Origin: Eledone cirrhosa
Lineage: Eukaryota
Direction of reading: 5' to 3'
Assembly: GCA_964016885.1 (NCBI GenBank)
Contig: OZ024740.1
Location: forward strand, 255,936,001 to 256,000,000
DNA: 64,000 nucleotides
This document shows positions 1 through 16,650 of this stretch, piece by piece (positions within the stretch are counted from its first letter, which is position 1; every line of letters starts with the position of its first letter). Below the pieces are notes generated by a model. It saw only the letters and a program-made list of their open reading frames with translations, did not search any database and had not been told where the DNA came from. The position numbers and the translations under genes are program-made.

Positions 1-261
1 CTAAAATAGAACATAAGGGTAAATTGGAGAACATAGAAATAAAAATAGAATTTATACACAGAAAAGACGCAATGTTTAGACAAATCACAGAGGCAATAAA
101 CATAAATGAACTCCAACCAAAATTAAATAGAAAACATGAATGGAACAGCAACATAAACAACTTACAATTAAGGACAAAATGAAACCACATACGCACATAG
201 AACAAACAACCAACCAGAAACATGCAAATAAACAAATAAATAAACGAATATAAACACACAC

Positions 262-1635
262 GAAAACCACGATGAACTAAAGAAAATGATTGCACATGCG
301 GTGGGGGCCAACATAAAATTAACCCTTAAGGAACATATGTTCAAATTTAATGGAAAAACATATGCCCAAGAGGAAGGAGCAGCCATTGGTGTTAGCATTG
401 CAGGCGACATAGCTAACCTATTTATGGTATGGTGGGACAGTAGACTTAAACTTAAACTTAAAGAACAATTAGAAGAACTCTCAACCCTGATAATATACTC
501 CCGCTACGTTGATGATATAAACATCGTAGTTAAAACACCCCCACTAGAGAACAGTCAGGAATTAGAGAAAAACACAATGGAAAGCATCCAGCAAATAGCT
601 AACTCAATCCACCAGAGTATTAGAGTTACTATAGACTACCCAAGCAAACACCCCAACCATTGATTACCTGTACAAGACACAGATCTCTGGTTAGATACCA
701 TTAATAACAACAAAACAAATCCTCCATTCCCATTATGCCAAACCCATGACTTCCAAATATCTGATCCACCGAAACTCAGCTGTTTCGGACCATACCAAAA
801 TCAACATACTGATTGCGGATTTGGTACAAGTGATGAGAAACGTGTCCAGCATGTGCAACCCCAAAGAACTAGAGAGACACATACAACATTTCATCCACCG
901 TATGCAGTTCTCTGGTTACAATCAGAGAGATGAAATCAGAGTATATAGAGGAGCCAGGACCAAATGGGAAAAAATGGTAAATAATGACACAAATGGGATC
1001 TGACCCTTGTATAGGAGCAAATTTTGGAATAGAATAGAAAGAACTAGGAATAAGGCTAATAGAATAAACTCATGGTATGATAGCAATAAATACCAGAGTG
1101 TAATGTTCATCGATACAACCCATAGAGGTGAATTAGCTTACAAATTTAGAAGGGCCCTAGATAAACATAAACTCAATATTAAGATAGTAGAAAGACGAGG
1201 TACCTCCATAAAAACACTTATTAGCAATACATACCCTTTTCAAAGACCCCCTGTATAGATAAGTAATGTATAACCTGTAAATTAAGCCCCCATATTAGCT
1301 GTAAAACTAGAAATGTAGTATATAGCATAAGATGTACTGAAGGACAATGTAGAGATAAAAATATAGTGTACATAGGTGAGACAGCTCGTAGTATAGGGGA
1401 ACGGATAAATGAACACTGGCGAGACCTTCAAGATAGTAAAGAATCATCTGTACTCTACCAACCTGCTAAAATGGAACGTAAGGGTAAATTAGAGAACATA
1501 GAAATAAAAATAGAATTTACACACAGAAAAGACGCAATGTTTAGACAAATCACAGAGGGAATAAACATAAATGAACTCCAACCAAAATTAAATAGAAAAC
1601 ATGAATGGAACAGCAACATCACAACTTACAATTAA
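262..1635 (+). pseudogene. Disrupted PLE reverse transcriptase + GIY-YIG endonuclease
   Basis: ORF pieces 286-663, 746-1003, 1007-1258 and 1366-1635 are consecutive parts of one protein broken by stops and frameshifts; collinear with 57484-58506. Confidence 0.9.
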
Positions 1636-1835
1636 GGACAAAATGAAAACACACACGCACATAGAACAAACAACCAACCACTAACATGCAAATAAACAAA
1701 CAAATAAACGAATATAAACACACACGGACACTCGGAAGTAACACATGCGCAAACTAAGCACACAACACACACACAAAAACAAGATGGTGTAGGACAGAAC
1801 AAAGGAGAGGCACAAAAACAAAGAAAAGAATGCCA

Positions 1836-1878
1836 GTCACTGAAGAGGTCACAGAACGTGTGACGAAAGACCTTTGAC
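1836..1878 (+). ncRNA. Minimal type I hammerhead ribozyme in PLE pseudo-LTR
   Basis: gtca-CTGAAGA-g-gtcaca(gaacg)tgtgac-GAAAG-ac-CTT-tgac; stem I gtca/tgac. Confidence 0.8.
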
Positions 1879-2086
1879 AATATATAAACAATCATCTGGT
1901 TGTGGAACCAACCAATCAAGCGGAAATTTATAAATTCCTAAATTTATAAATTTATTATAATAAATTGAAGTGAAAGCAACTGGTGCGTGTGTTTCTTATT
2001 GGCAACATGACCCTCCCAAAGTATAACAATATCGGTTTCAACACACGTTTTCAGTTAAAGAATCTTGCTAAACAAATTCAGAAACG

Positions 2087-2185
<99 letters not shown>

Positions 2186-2444
2186 ATAAAATAAGATGCT
2201 GAGGTTACATATATCGTTTAATCATAATAATTACTTCCACGGTTCTCCATGCAATCGAGATGTCCTTCATGCATTTGCTGTTGATTATGAGAGAACGGTT
2301 TCCTCAGAAGAAAATATGTTTGATATGTCGCTGGCAGGAAAACACACATCCTAATGCCTGTGTGCCCAGCATACATATGAGTTCCTTGAAGGGTTTGCAA
2401 GCCGTCGTATATATATATATATATATACATATAACTTCAAAAGA

Positions 2445-2509
<65 letters not shown>

Positions 2510-2512
<3 letters not shown>

Positions 2513-2672
2513 TCAGATGATCTTCAAAAGGGTGAAGGCAGCGGTTCTTTGCTTAAACTTTAATCAGTTATTTTAATAAATATTTGCTCTAGGGTTCTTA
2601 TATATTTGAAATATATTTATCCTTATCGAGCCCTCTTTGGATTTTAGTCTTCACATTTATTATTATTACTAT
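2510..2672 (+). mobile_element. Solo 3' terminus of the PLE family at 54-56.7 kb, with decayed HHR
   Basis: 2511-2580 matches 56639-56710; 2610-2672 is the reverse complement of 53995-54057; flanked by (TA)n. Confidence 0.75.
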
Positions 2673-2689
2673 ATATATATATGTTAATG

Positions 2690-2758
<69 letters not shown>

Positions 2759-3112
2759 TCCTACGTGAGTTACGGGACTATACATACCATACATACCCAC
2801 TCCGTAAGAGTGTGAGTTCTGGGAACTTGTTAATCGATTCAATCGAACAATGCTGTAGATCGCTGGGAGCATCTTGGAATCTGGAATGTGAGTATGTTTA
2901 GGAAGACGTTAGCATTAAAAAGGGGTTGTACTGGTAATTATGAATAGAAAAAATCTAAAAGAAAAAGGAACTAGAACTCGGTGAACGTGTCACTATTGTA
3001 ATATTTATTATTCCTGATATATTTCAGAATTAACAATCCATTGTCTCTAGGTTTGTTAAGGAGATTAGAAATATGGGAGTACACCGTTCTGAATATCTGA
3101 CGGCAGTTAGAT

Positions 3113-3193
<81 letters not shown>

Positions 3194-3467
3194 CGCATAT
3201 ATATATATAGAGAAATATATATATATGTGTGTGTGTGTAATTCCGAGTAGCTATGGAGAGCTTCAGTAACTTTAAACATATAAATACCGTTTGTATTGAT
3301 TACACTTCTCGTCTGCAATTTAATCGAACGTGTGCGTGAGCCCACTCACACACATAAACACACACAAACACACACAGACAGACAGACACACACACACACA
3401 CACATAGTGATCGCCACTTACACATATAAAATCTCTTTCTTTCTCTCTCTCTCTATATATATATACA

Positions 3468-3536
<69 letters not shown>

Positions 3537-3719
3537 CATATATACACACATACATATATATATATACACATATATACATATTTATATTCCTCCATATACA
3601 TACATATATATATATGGAGGAATGTAGAAAAGTGACACACGAGTTGATATATATAAACAAATAGTAAAAAGGAAAAAACACAGTAAAAAATGCTGGAGGG
3701 ATATTTTCAGTGTAATATA

Positions 3720-5075
3720 AAAACATTTATTTATAAAGTGGGTATTTCCGCATTTAATCGTGGTACCAGTTTCAGCATTATATTCTTTTTCAACGACGGA
3801 ATAGGAAAGTGCAGTTAAATTGCATATTTATACGAATAATAATAAAATGGAGAAGAAAAATCATTAGTTTTTACATACAAATTTAGAGAGGAAAGTTCAT
3901 GTTTCTGTCCGAGGCTATCCTTCGTTCTCGGTAGTTTGAAAAAGGTGTGTCCTTATTTTTAAGGCTCCATAAATGGTTTCCGAACTGGGTGGCATGTTTT
4001 GTGTCAGGATGTCTGAAGGTTGTTTCATGGTTCAGGTACCGATTTTTGATCCCACATAAGTCCAGGCTTCAGTTTGGCTGTTCCGGTTGGTGGAGTTAAA
4101 GTCTGTTCGATATATTATCGCCGAAGGGATGCTCTGGCCTTCCGCATGAGCATCCGTAGGTGGAGAGCCTTTGCGTTCGCCGATGATGTGGGTTTTAATG
4201 TTATTGGCACACGAGTAGCCTATTTTCACTGTATGGCGATTGAATATCTGTCGGTATTTCTGACCAACAGGGAAGTGAAGGTCTAGGAGGAATACGAATT
4301 TGCTACCTACATTAGTTTTCACATTAAGTACGAAAGGTGGTGGGAACCATATGACGTCTTCATGTCTACGTTTTTCTTCTAGTTGTAGAGCGGTGGTCTG
4401 GAGAGTAAATGATTTTTTCGGAGAAGCCGCTGTTGCTTAGTGCTGAATTATAGTAGGGTACTGCCTTATCAAATATGCCTTTGCTAGAATAAAGGTCGGA
4501 TACCCTCTTACTAATGTTATAGCTAAGATTTTAAAAAAACTATAGGAGGTGGCTATAGTCCTTATGGATGTAGCTATGTTTCTCACGAGGTTTTTGGAAT
4601 GTCAGTATGTGTGTGTCCGTATGTCTAAATTAACGGCTTGGATGTTAACATTGGGGAGGTTGGTGGATATCGTAAGTTTTAAGCTTATGCTGTTGAAGGT
4701 AGTGTTCCGATTTTTTCTAATGTGTCCAGGTCATAACTACTTTTATGGCTCGATAGTGCCAGACCGCCATCATGATATAGGCCCGTATGGAAGTCAGGGA
4801 ACTTATTATGTAATGTGTCTAAGATAAAAATGCCCACCCAATCGCATACATCAGCGTTGCCAAATGGTCCCATCGGCACATCGAATGGGTCGTTGTTGTT
4901 ATTGAGGAGGGTTTCCCTGCAGTGAGATATGACTAATCGGTCTAACTCGTCTATGTTGGTGAACTTCCTAGCGAAATCAAGGACCTTATCAAGTAAAGTC
5001 CTGGATATCGAGGGATAAAAATCAATAATAACAAATTGTATAAAACTAGCGTTCTTAGTGTGTTTGAGGGCATTA
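3720..5075 (-). mobile_element. Decayed Hydra-like PLE fragment (RT plus start of endonuclease)
   Basis: FIQFVIIDFYPSI, FDVPMG...ADVCDWVG, GLYHDGGL, HFP...YRQIFNRHTVKIGYSC are homologous to the PLEs at 13.3 and 54 kb. Confidence 0.85.
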
Positions 5076-5209
5076 AACAAATCTATACCTACTTGGTGGA
5101 TAGCCAACAAAGTACCAGTATATATCATTGTTGTAACTAATTATACTTAACTCCTCCAATAGATTGAGTGCTTTTACCCTTGGATATTTATACCAAACTT
5201 TTACTAGAG

Positions 5210-5347
<138 letters not shown>

Positions 5348-5392
5348 GAGTAAACTTATACGCACACAACATATACATATATATATATATAT

Positions 5393-6840
5393 ATATTGAA
5401 AGAGTGAAGAATAACATGTTCAACAGTACAAAAAAGGGTTTATTTACAGTCTGACAATTGTTTCACTGATTAAGTTGTCTAAAAATTGCTGAACACTTGA
5501 AGCAGTGCCACTCAATTTTAAATACGTTGTTAGCTTAACTAGATCATCGGAGATAACTGTTATATGTCCAGTATTTTTACGAATTCAAATTACAGCATCA
5601 ATAATAATATTAATAATAAAGATAGAGAGAGAAAAAAGAAAGAGAGATAGAGAGAAGAAAGAAAGAAAAAGGAGAAAGGAAAAAGCGAAAGATATAGAGA
5701 AAAAAGACAGAGAGAAAAGAGGATAGAATGAGAAGAGAAAAGGATAAAGAAGAAATACAGGTAAAGAAAAAGAAAAATTCCTGTAAACCAGGAACACAGA
5801 ATCAGCTACATGAAGTTATCAACGGCAATAGCCTATAGAATTGGCATGTCCCACTGTGGTGTTTGTAATATGGAACTAGTCCGAATTTTAAAATACAACA
5901 AAATGCTACTTAACAGCAAAATTGAAAGAACTATTTTCTGTAGGCATAAAACGGCGACCAAATTTGATAACTTTAGACCAACTTAATTCCATAACTCAAA
6001 TTGTACCACTTAGATCTATTATCATCATTATTATTATAATTGTCATCGTCTGTCAATGAACCAACATCATAACCTTTTATATTTTATATTTTATATATCT
6101 CTCTCTTTCACTTTCTATCTTTCTATTTCTCTCCCTAAATTTATTTCATCTCTTGCATTTTATCTTATCGTATTATTTTCACTTCTAATATAACTTGCAA
6201 TTAATTAATTATATAATTAATTTATTAAAATACACACAAATATATTTAACGTTTTCATGTTTATACCTTCGTATCTCTATATTTTAACCACCAACACCAC
6301 AACTACTCTCAATAATCTTACTATGTTCTTCGCACATATAAACATTTTTTATTTATTTATTTTCTTATTTTGTATTAGTTTGTATTGTCCTCGATGTAAC
6401 TTATTTATTAACACTTATTTATTAGCATTTATTCCATTATTGTTGATATCATTATTTTTCCCTTTATTTTTATTTTTCTTTACCTTTATTTCTTCTTTAT
6501 CCATTTCTCTTCTCTTTCTATCCTCTTTTCTCTCTGTCTTTTTTCTCTATTTCCTTTCTCATTTTCCTTTCTTTCTTCTCTCTATCTCTCTTTCTTTTTT
6601 CCCTCTCTATCTTTATTATTAATATTATTATTGATGCTGTAATTTGAATTCGTAAAAATACTGAACATATAACAGTTATCTCCGATGATCTGGTTAAGCT
6701 AACAACGTATTTAAAATTGAGTGGCACTGCTTCAAGTGTTCAGCAATTTTTAGACAACTTAATCAGTGAAACAATTGTCAGACTGTAAATAAAACCCTTT
6801 TTTGTACTGTTGACCATGTTATTCTTCACTCTTTCAATAT
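5393..6840. repeat. Inverted repeat (arms about 5393-5728 and 6516-6840) made of HHR-bearing PLE-type termini
   Basis: Arms are near-identical reverse complements; the ORF track gives the same peptide on both strands (MPLNFKYVVSLTRSSE). Confidence 0.9.
6679..6782 (+). ncRNA. Hammerhead motif, CCGA core variant, long stem II (mirror copy on - strand at about 5449-5553)
   Basis: tct-CCGATGA-t-ctggttaag...cttaatcag-t-GAAAC-aatt-GTC-aga. Confidence 0.7.
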
Positions 6841-7005
6841 TATTACTCCAAGATAAACTTACCTAGGAATACTAGAGAACTCATAAACTCGCCACCTACG
6901 TAAACCCCTTGTTGAGTCAAACAACGCTGTACGACGCTAAAGCTATCCATAATACGAAGTCTTCACAACCTCTAGCTGGATTACCTATAACGATATTTTG
7001 TTATC

Positions 7006-7156
<151 letters not shown>

Positions 7157-7569
7157 CAGTAAAGATTGTTTTAGTAGGCAAGCAGAAGAAAGTTCTCTAC
7201 ATTCGTAGTTTTTAGTTACCATGGAGATTCAGTACAAGAATAACTTTAATAAAGATGCCGATGTTACGACTTATGTAACATCAGCATCTTTCTTAATATT
7301 AATCTTATATATATATATATATATATATAAATGGAAAAAATGAAATTTCATTTCTCACTGATACTCAAATATAAGTATGTATACGTGCATACATATATGT
7401 ATACAGAAATACAGTAGTATGTATATACATACATACATGTACACATATATATATGTACGTATGGGTTTACCCAACATTTATTATAATGCTCTGTTTCTTT
7501 GTAAACAAACAGCCCGAATTATTAGCCGTACAGTGTTCGGCAAGCATTGTTGCCATTTTGTTCAACACT

Positions 7570-7661
<92 letters not shown>

Positions 7662-7705
7662 AGCTACGTATGTTGTAACGTAACAGCATCGACTGTTATA
7701 TATAT

Positions 7706-7765
<60 letters not shown>

Positions 7766-7891
7766 AGGTTTATTATTGGTTGTGTCAAACGGTCCAATAC
7801 ATTTTTGTTAACAATATTAAGTTCTCCACGCTTTTGTATATCTCCAATTCCATTTATGGCAACAGCTAGATGATGTAAAACGGAGTATTTG

Positions 7892-10626
7892 TATCAAAAT
7901 AAAGATCCGAAGGCATGGTATAAATTTCCAATCATTTTAATCACGACACATGTTTCAATAAGAGATAGATCGATCGTGTATCCATGATCTATTATCACTG
8001 ATCTCGTCAGAAGAAAATGAATTGTCTTCAAATCCTTGATATGAGGGAGAAAACTAACGATGTTCACTCACAGAGTTTAGTCCCTCATATGAAGATCAAG
8101 CAGTCAAAACACGGCGGCTGCTATCGTCTTCAGTTAGGGTCATAAAACTATCAAGTCTCTATCTCCCAATAGCTGTAAAAGACGCTGGACATCAATCAAA
8201 TCTGTAGAATTATAGTCGGTCACAGTTAATGTGAGTGGGTACACACACAATCACACATACCGACGCGAGGTCAAAGAAAAAATATATACATATACCAACA
8301 TAGCATCAAATCTGTAGAACTATAGACGGCTACAGTTAGTGTGAGTGAGTACATACACACTCACACACACCGACGTGAGGTCATAGAAAAAAATATAAAT
8401 ATACCAACATAGTATTCACCGAAAGTTAGTTTACAAAACAACAAATGTTATATCGGTCAAATCTCAATTTGACGATGTAAATTGGAAAAATTGGGTCAAC
8501 CGCAACCCTATACACACGCAAGTAAGTTCAGTTCAATGTTCGGCTATACGTGTATAGATTGAATTGTAACATCCGTATCTCCAAATAGTGTATGTTTTGC
8601 TATATACACATCCGTATCGTCCAAAAAAGTGTATGTTTGGTATATACACATCCATGTGAAAAGCAATTAGTCAGCTCATATCTAACTCACTATGTGCCGT
8701 TGTCCTATTGAGAATCTGAGTCCCCAAATCTGTGCGTGCAAGCAACCGCTATGTAGGCCACCAAGGGGCTCTGTGTAGGGTTGGGTATTTGGGTTAAGGT
8801 GTCAGTATGTGCGTTTTGTCGTCATACGGGCCCTTGGGCTTTTAAGATAGGTGTTTGAGTGGTGGAGGTGTGTTATCCAACACAAAAATAAAAATAAAAT
8901 AAAATAAAATAAAATAACAAAGAATAGCAAAACCCCGAGGATGTGTGTAGGCCCATTAATGGTGTGTAAGTATTATTGTCCAATCTGTAACCGTGAGCAC
9001 TCCATGGTTAGGTGATCACGGATCAAAACCAAGAGTAGTGTTCAATCGGTAAGAACGTGACTAGTCATAACTGTGAGAACTCCGTGTCTAAAGAAACCGG
9101 GTACTGTGTGTAGAGTTATGTATAGAGAGCGTAATCGGTCTTAATTGAGTGTGTAATACATCTAGCTATATCCTAACCGAGAGAACTCAATGGTTAGGGT
9201 ATCCTAAAGTAATGGTGAATGCGCGTAATCGGTCTTACCCGAGTGGGTAATCATACTAACGATTTACTAACTAGGTATTCTAAAGTGCACTCAGCTGTGA
9301 GAACTCTGTGGAAACAGACCGAGTACCGTTTGTAAGTGCGCAAACGATCTTAGCTGTCTAACTACCTGAGTGTGTGATTGTCTGTTTTTTGCTAATTGAT
9401 AGAACTCTATGGCTAAGGTAGAGAGGGAGGAGATATGTGGTAGGTTACTTTCCAAAAATCCAGCGTAAGATTTGTCGCAGTTGCTGAAAAATTCCGCTCT
9501 CCTATTGATTAATAGGGGGCCGCCCCTAATAATATTAAAAGTATCATCTAACCATGGAGTGCGCACGGTTACAGTTTGGAAAATAATACTTACACACCAT
9601 TAATGGGCCTACGCACATCCTCTGGGTTTTGCTATTCTTTGTTATTTTATTTTATTTTATTTTATTTTTATGCTTGTGTTGGATAACACACCTCCACCAC
9701 TCAAACACTTATCTTAAAAGCCCAAGGGCCCATATGACAGGAAATCGCACATACTGACACCTTAACCCAAATACCCAACCCTACACAGAGCCCCTTAGTG
9801 GCCTACATAGCGGTTTCTTGCACGCACATATTTGGGGACTCAGTTTCTAAATGGGACAATGGCACATACTGAGTTCGATATGAGCTGACTACTTGCTCTT
9901 CACATGGATGTGTATATAGCAAAACATACACTATTTGGAGATACAGATGTTACAATTCAATCTATACACGTATAGCAGGACATTGAACTGAACTTACTTG
10001 CGTGCGTATAGGGTTGCGGTTGACCCAATTTTTCCAATTTACATCGTCAAATTGTGATTTGACCAATATGACATTTGTTGTTTTGTAAACTAACTTTCGG
10101 TGAATACTATGTTGGTATATTTATATTTTTTCTATGACCTCGCATCGGTGTGTGTGAGTGTGTGTGTACTCACTCACACTCACTGTGACCGTCTATAGTT
10201 CTACAGATTTGATGCTATGTTGGTATATGTATATATTTTTTCTTTAACCTCGCGTCCGTGTGTGTGATTGTGTGTGTACCCACTCACATTAACTGTGACC
10301 GACTGTAATTCTACAGATTTGATTGATGTCCAGCGTCTTTTACAGCTATTGGGAGATAGAGACTTGATAGTTTTATGACCCTAACTGAAGACGATAGCAG
10401 CCGCCGTGTTTTGACTGCTTGATCTTCATATGAGGGACTAAACTCTGTGAGTGAACATCGTTAGTTTTCTCCCTCATATCAAGGATTTGAAGACAATTCA
10501 TTTTCACCTGACGAAATCAGTAATAATCGATCATGGCTACACGATCGATCTATCTCTTATTGAAACATGTGTCGTGATTAAAATGATTGGAAATTTATAC
10601 CATGCCTTCGGATATTTATTTTGATA
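7892..10626. repeat. 2.7 kb fold-back element: about 1.1 kb inverted arms (7892-9016 / 9543-10626), about 525 bp spacer, HHR near each outer end
   Basis: Continuous reverse-complement match with scattered substitutions; non-coding; bounded by (TA)n. Confidence 0.92.
10505..10576 (+). ncRNA. Type I hammerhead motif (mirror copy on - strand at about 7942-8012)
   Basis: cac-CTGACGA-aat...att-GAAAC-atgt-GTC-gtg. Confidence 0.78.
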
Positions 10627-10635
10627 TATATATAT

Positions 10636-11165
10636 ATTATTAGAAATGTAAGCTATCGCCGTATTTTGACTAAAGAAATTAAAGAAATTATTTAGCATGA
10701 TAGTGGGGTTAAGAACCCTCGGAGAAATGGAAAAAGATGAGCATTGACGTACATGGGAGTCGAACCCACATCTTTGGTTATCCGGACCATTGTGCTACCA
10801 TTTACACCAACACATCACCCGTCTTTTTCCATTCAAATTAGAAGCTATAAACTTCGCGACTGTAATGTCAAGTAAGAATATTTTCGAAACAGCGAGTGGG
10901 TTTGAAATTATTAGAAATGTAAGCTATCGCCGTATTTTGACTAAAGAAATTGGTGTAAATGGTAGTACAGTGGTCCGGATAACCAAAGATGTGTGTTCGA
11001 CTCCCATGTACGTCAATACTCATCTTTTTCCATTTCTCCGAGGGTTCTTAACCCCATTATCAGGCTAAATAATTTCTTTAATTTCTTTAGTCAAAATACG
11101 GCGATAGCTTACATTTTTAATAATTTCAAACCCACTCGCTGTTTCAAAAATATTCTTACTTGATA
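10636..11165. mobile_element. tRNA-related (Pol III A/B box) repeat: 271 bp partial tandem on - strand followed by an inverted copy
   Basis: TGGTGTAAATGGT (A box) and GGTTCGACTCC (B box) on - strand at 10755-10810 and on + strand at 10950-11005; tagaaatgtaagc recurs at 10641 and 10912. Confidence 0.8.
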
Positions 11166-11335
11166 TATATATATACATATAACAATAGTCGATGCTGTTA
11201 CGTTACAAGGTCCGTTGCTGTTAGATGATAGAAGGATTCTAATTCTGCAATGACTTATAAGGGCACCTGATACTAATATGATTTGGCAATGGGCGGGACT
11301 CTTCAAGAACTTTTCATGTGCAGCCGCTGCCATGG

Positions 11336-11405
<70 letters not shown>

Positions 11406-11814
11406 GGCAATTTCTGTGTATCTGTGTACCTGTGTATATGTGTATAACCAGTTGGCGCCTGAACCAGTGATCCGACCCTGATGAAACTTTACACACATGT
11501 TAAGCTAATATTCAGAAACAGGACAGGCTCATTGGATTTCGATAAAAATCAGTAATGGAACCCCTGGGGACATCTTTACAATGCAGGAGGAAAGAGAAGA
11601 CGTTTCAGTGAGAGAGGGCGAAAGGAGATACTACTACTGTATGTTAAAACTTCCTTCCTCCCACTACCCCGGTTCCTCCTCTCATAATTCAGTCCTCCAA
11701 AACGAAGCAACAATTTATTAGAAATCTTAACTATAATAAAGAAAGGAATGCGGGACTGCGTCCAGAAAAATATTTCTTTACCCCGTTAGTAAAATAAGTT
11801 GGATTACTTTGATT

Positions 11815-11970
11815 AAATAATTGTTTCTACTTTTGGTACAAGACCAGCAATTACTCAGTGCATTACTGGTACTTTATTTTATCGATCCCGTAAGGATGAA
11901 AGGCAAAGTTAACCTAGGCGGGATTTGAACTCAGACCGCAAAGCATGGCGTCAGATCCTCTACTGATACT
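11815..11970 (-). mobile_element. tRNA-derived SINE with Meta-domain-like core
   Basis: gagttcaaatcc (B box) followed by ctttgcctttcatccttacgggatcgataaaataaagtaccag; five or more further copies in the window. Confidence 0.75.
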
Positions 11971-12439
11971 TATGAATATTACATAATTTATCTACTAAAT
12001 TTCGTAGCTGTTGATTAGACAAATATTCTTATATATAAAGTATTGCTTATTTTAAGATTCACTTCTTTTAAAATTTTCAAATGTCTACACTTCCGGTTAG
12101 CGTTCGTTATATCATAACACTTATTATATCGCTTATATAAACATCCATATATTTACATCGTTATATAAGGTTTCATTACATTTTACCGTCATGCAGTTTA
12201 TATATACCGTCTTTTTTAAATGTATAATGGATTACTTTACTGATTACAGAAGAGAGTGTAACACAGTCTCTCTTCAATTTCTGTGCATATTGTCAATTAC
12301 GATTTTATTTGACATATTATATCTACATGCATGTATATTTGCATATAATATAGATATGGCCACTACACATGCTAGTAGAAAACCACCCGAAGGGTGGTTT
12401 TTCTGCAAGTATACATAAAGAAATTTCAATCAAAACAGA

Positions 12440-12474
12440 CGACAATGCGCGTTCTTAATTGTTCTCCATTTTGT

Positions 12475-12508
<34 letters not shown>

Positions 12509-13125
12509 CAACAAAAAAGAAAAGTCAAAATACTTTGAGAAATATGAAGCAGCAGTGGTGGCACAACAAAGCCAAACAAGCACAAGAAGCAATAGATCGC
12601 AAGGACACAAAGGCATTTTCCCCCTTCATTAAAGTAGTGTATGGTCCACAATCCTCCTCAATGTCATCTGTAAGAACTGGACATGGTCAGTCACTCTTGA
12701 CTGATATTGTCTCCATTCAGAATTGCTGGGTAGAACACTTCTCTGAACTTCTTAACAGGCCCTCAAGTGTCAACATAAACATTATCGAATCAATGAAAAG
12801 TTACCCAATTGTAAATGAAATGGCAACAGAACCAATTAGAAATGACATGCTTCCACTTGTAGAGTTTGCTAGCCTTCAGTCTCACATGAGAAAACACAAT
12901 AGGACACTTTGTACTGACCTCAGAACATAGCAACCAGTTCACACTTATCAACGCCACATATGTCACAAAATATGCAAATCTAAAGGAGGTCTGAAGAAAC
13001 ATTTCAGGGTTCATCAAGATCAAACAACTGAAGCAGTTAAAGCTACTCTGAAAGTAAGGTGCACTTTATGTGGACGACATTGTAACAGTATGTCTGTTTT
13101 AATAGGCTATGTCGAGCAGACAACC
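12440..13125 (+). mobile_element. Internally deleted RTE-type LINE remnant: endonuclease-RT linker joined to C2H2 finger tail
   Basis: LRNMKQQWW..KA, VYGPQSS, WVEHFSELLNRPS are the RTE linker; downstream [18 protein letters not shown] and CTLCGRHC. Confidence 0.75.
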
Positions 13126-13171
13126 GTCTTATATATATATGTATATGTATATATATGTATGTATATATATA

Positions 13172-15915
<2,744 letters not shown>

Positions 15916-15996
15916 TAATGAATATATATATATATATATATATAAGTAAGTGCCGTACTAAGAGTGAGAAATGAAATTTCGTTTAATTCTATTACA

Positions 15997-16079
<83 letters not shown>

Positions 16080-16083
<4 letters not shown>

Positions 16084-16280
16084 CGAAGGAATTGTGGTAA
16101 TGACCCAGATGGACCATAACGCAGCAGAGTACTCAATATTTAGGCTAGTAGAGTGGGAAATAGGAAAAAGTATGACCCCGACAGCAGAGCTCAAGCCGTT
16201 TCGACGGCTATTTCAGTCCAGAAATAGCTGTCGAAACGGCTTGACCTCTGCCGTCAGGGACATACTTTTTCCTATATTAC
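16080..16280. repeat. Fold-back PLE terminus of the 26-28 kb family
   Basis: 16160-16214 and 16219-16275 are reverse complements; matches 26070-26210, 28145-28207 and 48120-48375. Confidence 0.8.
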
Positions 16281-16538
16281 CTTCCAGTGTTCTACCTCGC
16301 TCTCTCTCTCTATATATATATATACATATATATATATGTACATATATATATGTATATATATATAGAGAGAGCGAGGTAGAACACTGGAAGGTAATATCCG
16401 TAGTGGTAGAGCACTCAGTCCATGGGACGAGTTTGGTAGAAGTAGTAAAACAACAGTTAGTTCACCATACCGAGTACAATTATTGTTCTGGGTATGGTGA
16501 ACCAACTGTTGTGTTACTACTTATATATATAGATATAG

Positions 16539-16650
<112 letters not shown>

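Larger units (their letters stand above)
1..2090 (+). mobile_element. Penelope-like retroelement (Naiad-like), 5'-truncated, partial tandem; 1-261 repeats the ORF end and 3' region at about 1466-1725
   Basis: RT motifs QEEGAAIG, YSRYVDD, DYPSKHPN.LP, HYAKPM, MQFSGY; GIY-YIG endonuclease VYSIRC...YIGETARS..ERINEH; HHR in the 3' pseudo-LTR; ends in (TA)n. Clade assignment is from recalled motifs. Confidence 0.9.

Noticed and set aside
1001-1003. In-frame TGA where the 57.8 kb copy has Cys (TGC), suggesting selenocysteine as reported for some Naiad PLEs
   Set aside because: The sister copy has ordinary Cys codons, this copy has other inactivating changes (CGA>TGA at 661, frameshifts), and the A/C-rich 3' region offers no SECIS-like stem.
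10950-11010. tRNA gene
   Set aside because: A/B boxes are present but there is no complete acceptor stem; it is embedded in a multicopy repeat.
11035-11075. gagggttcttaacccc resembles a twister P4/L4 segment
   Set aside because: Lacks the AAGC loop and the GC pseudoknot partner; P1/P2 could not be built.
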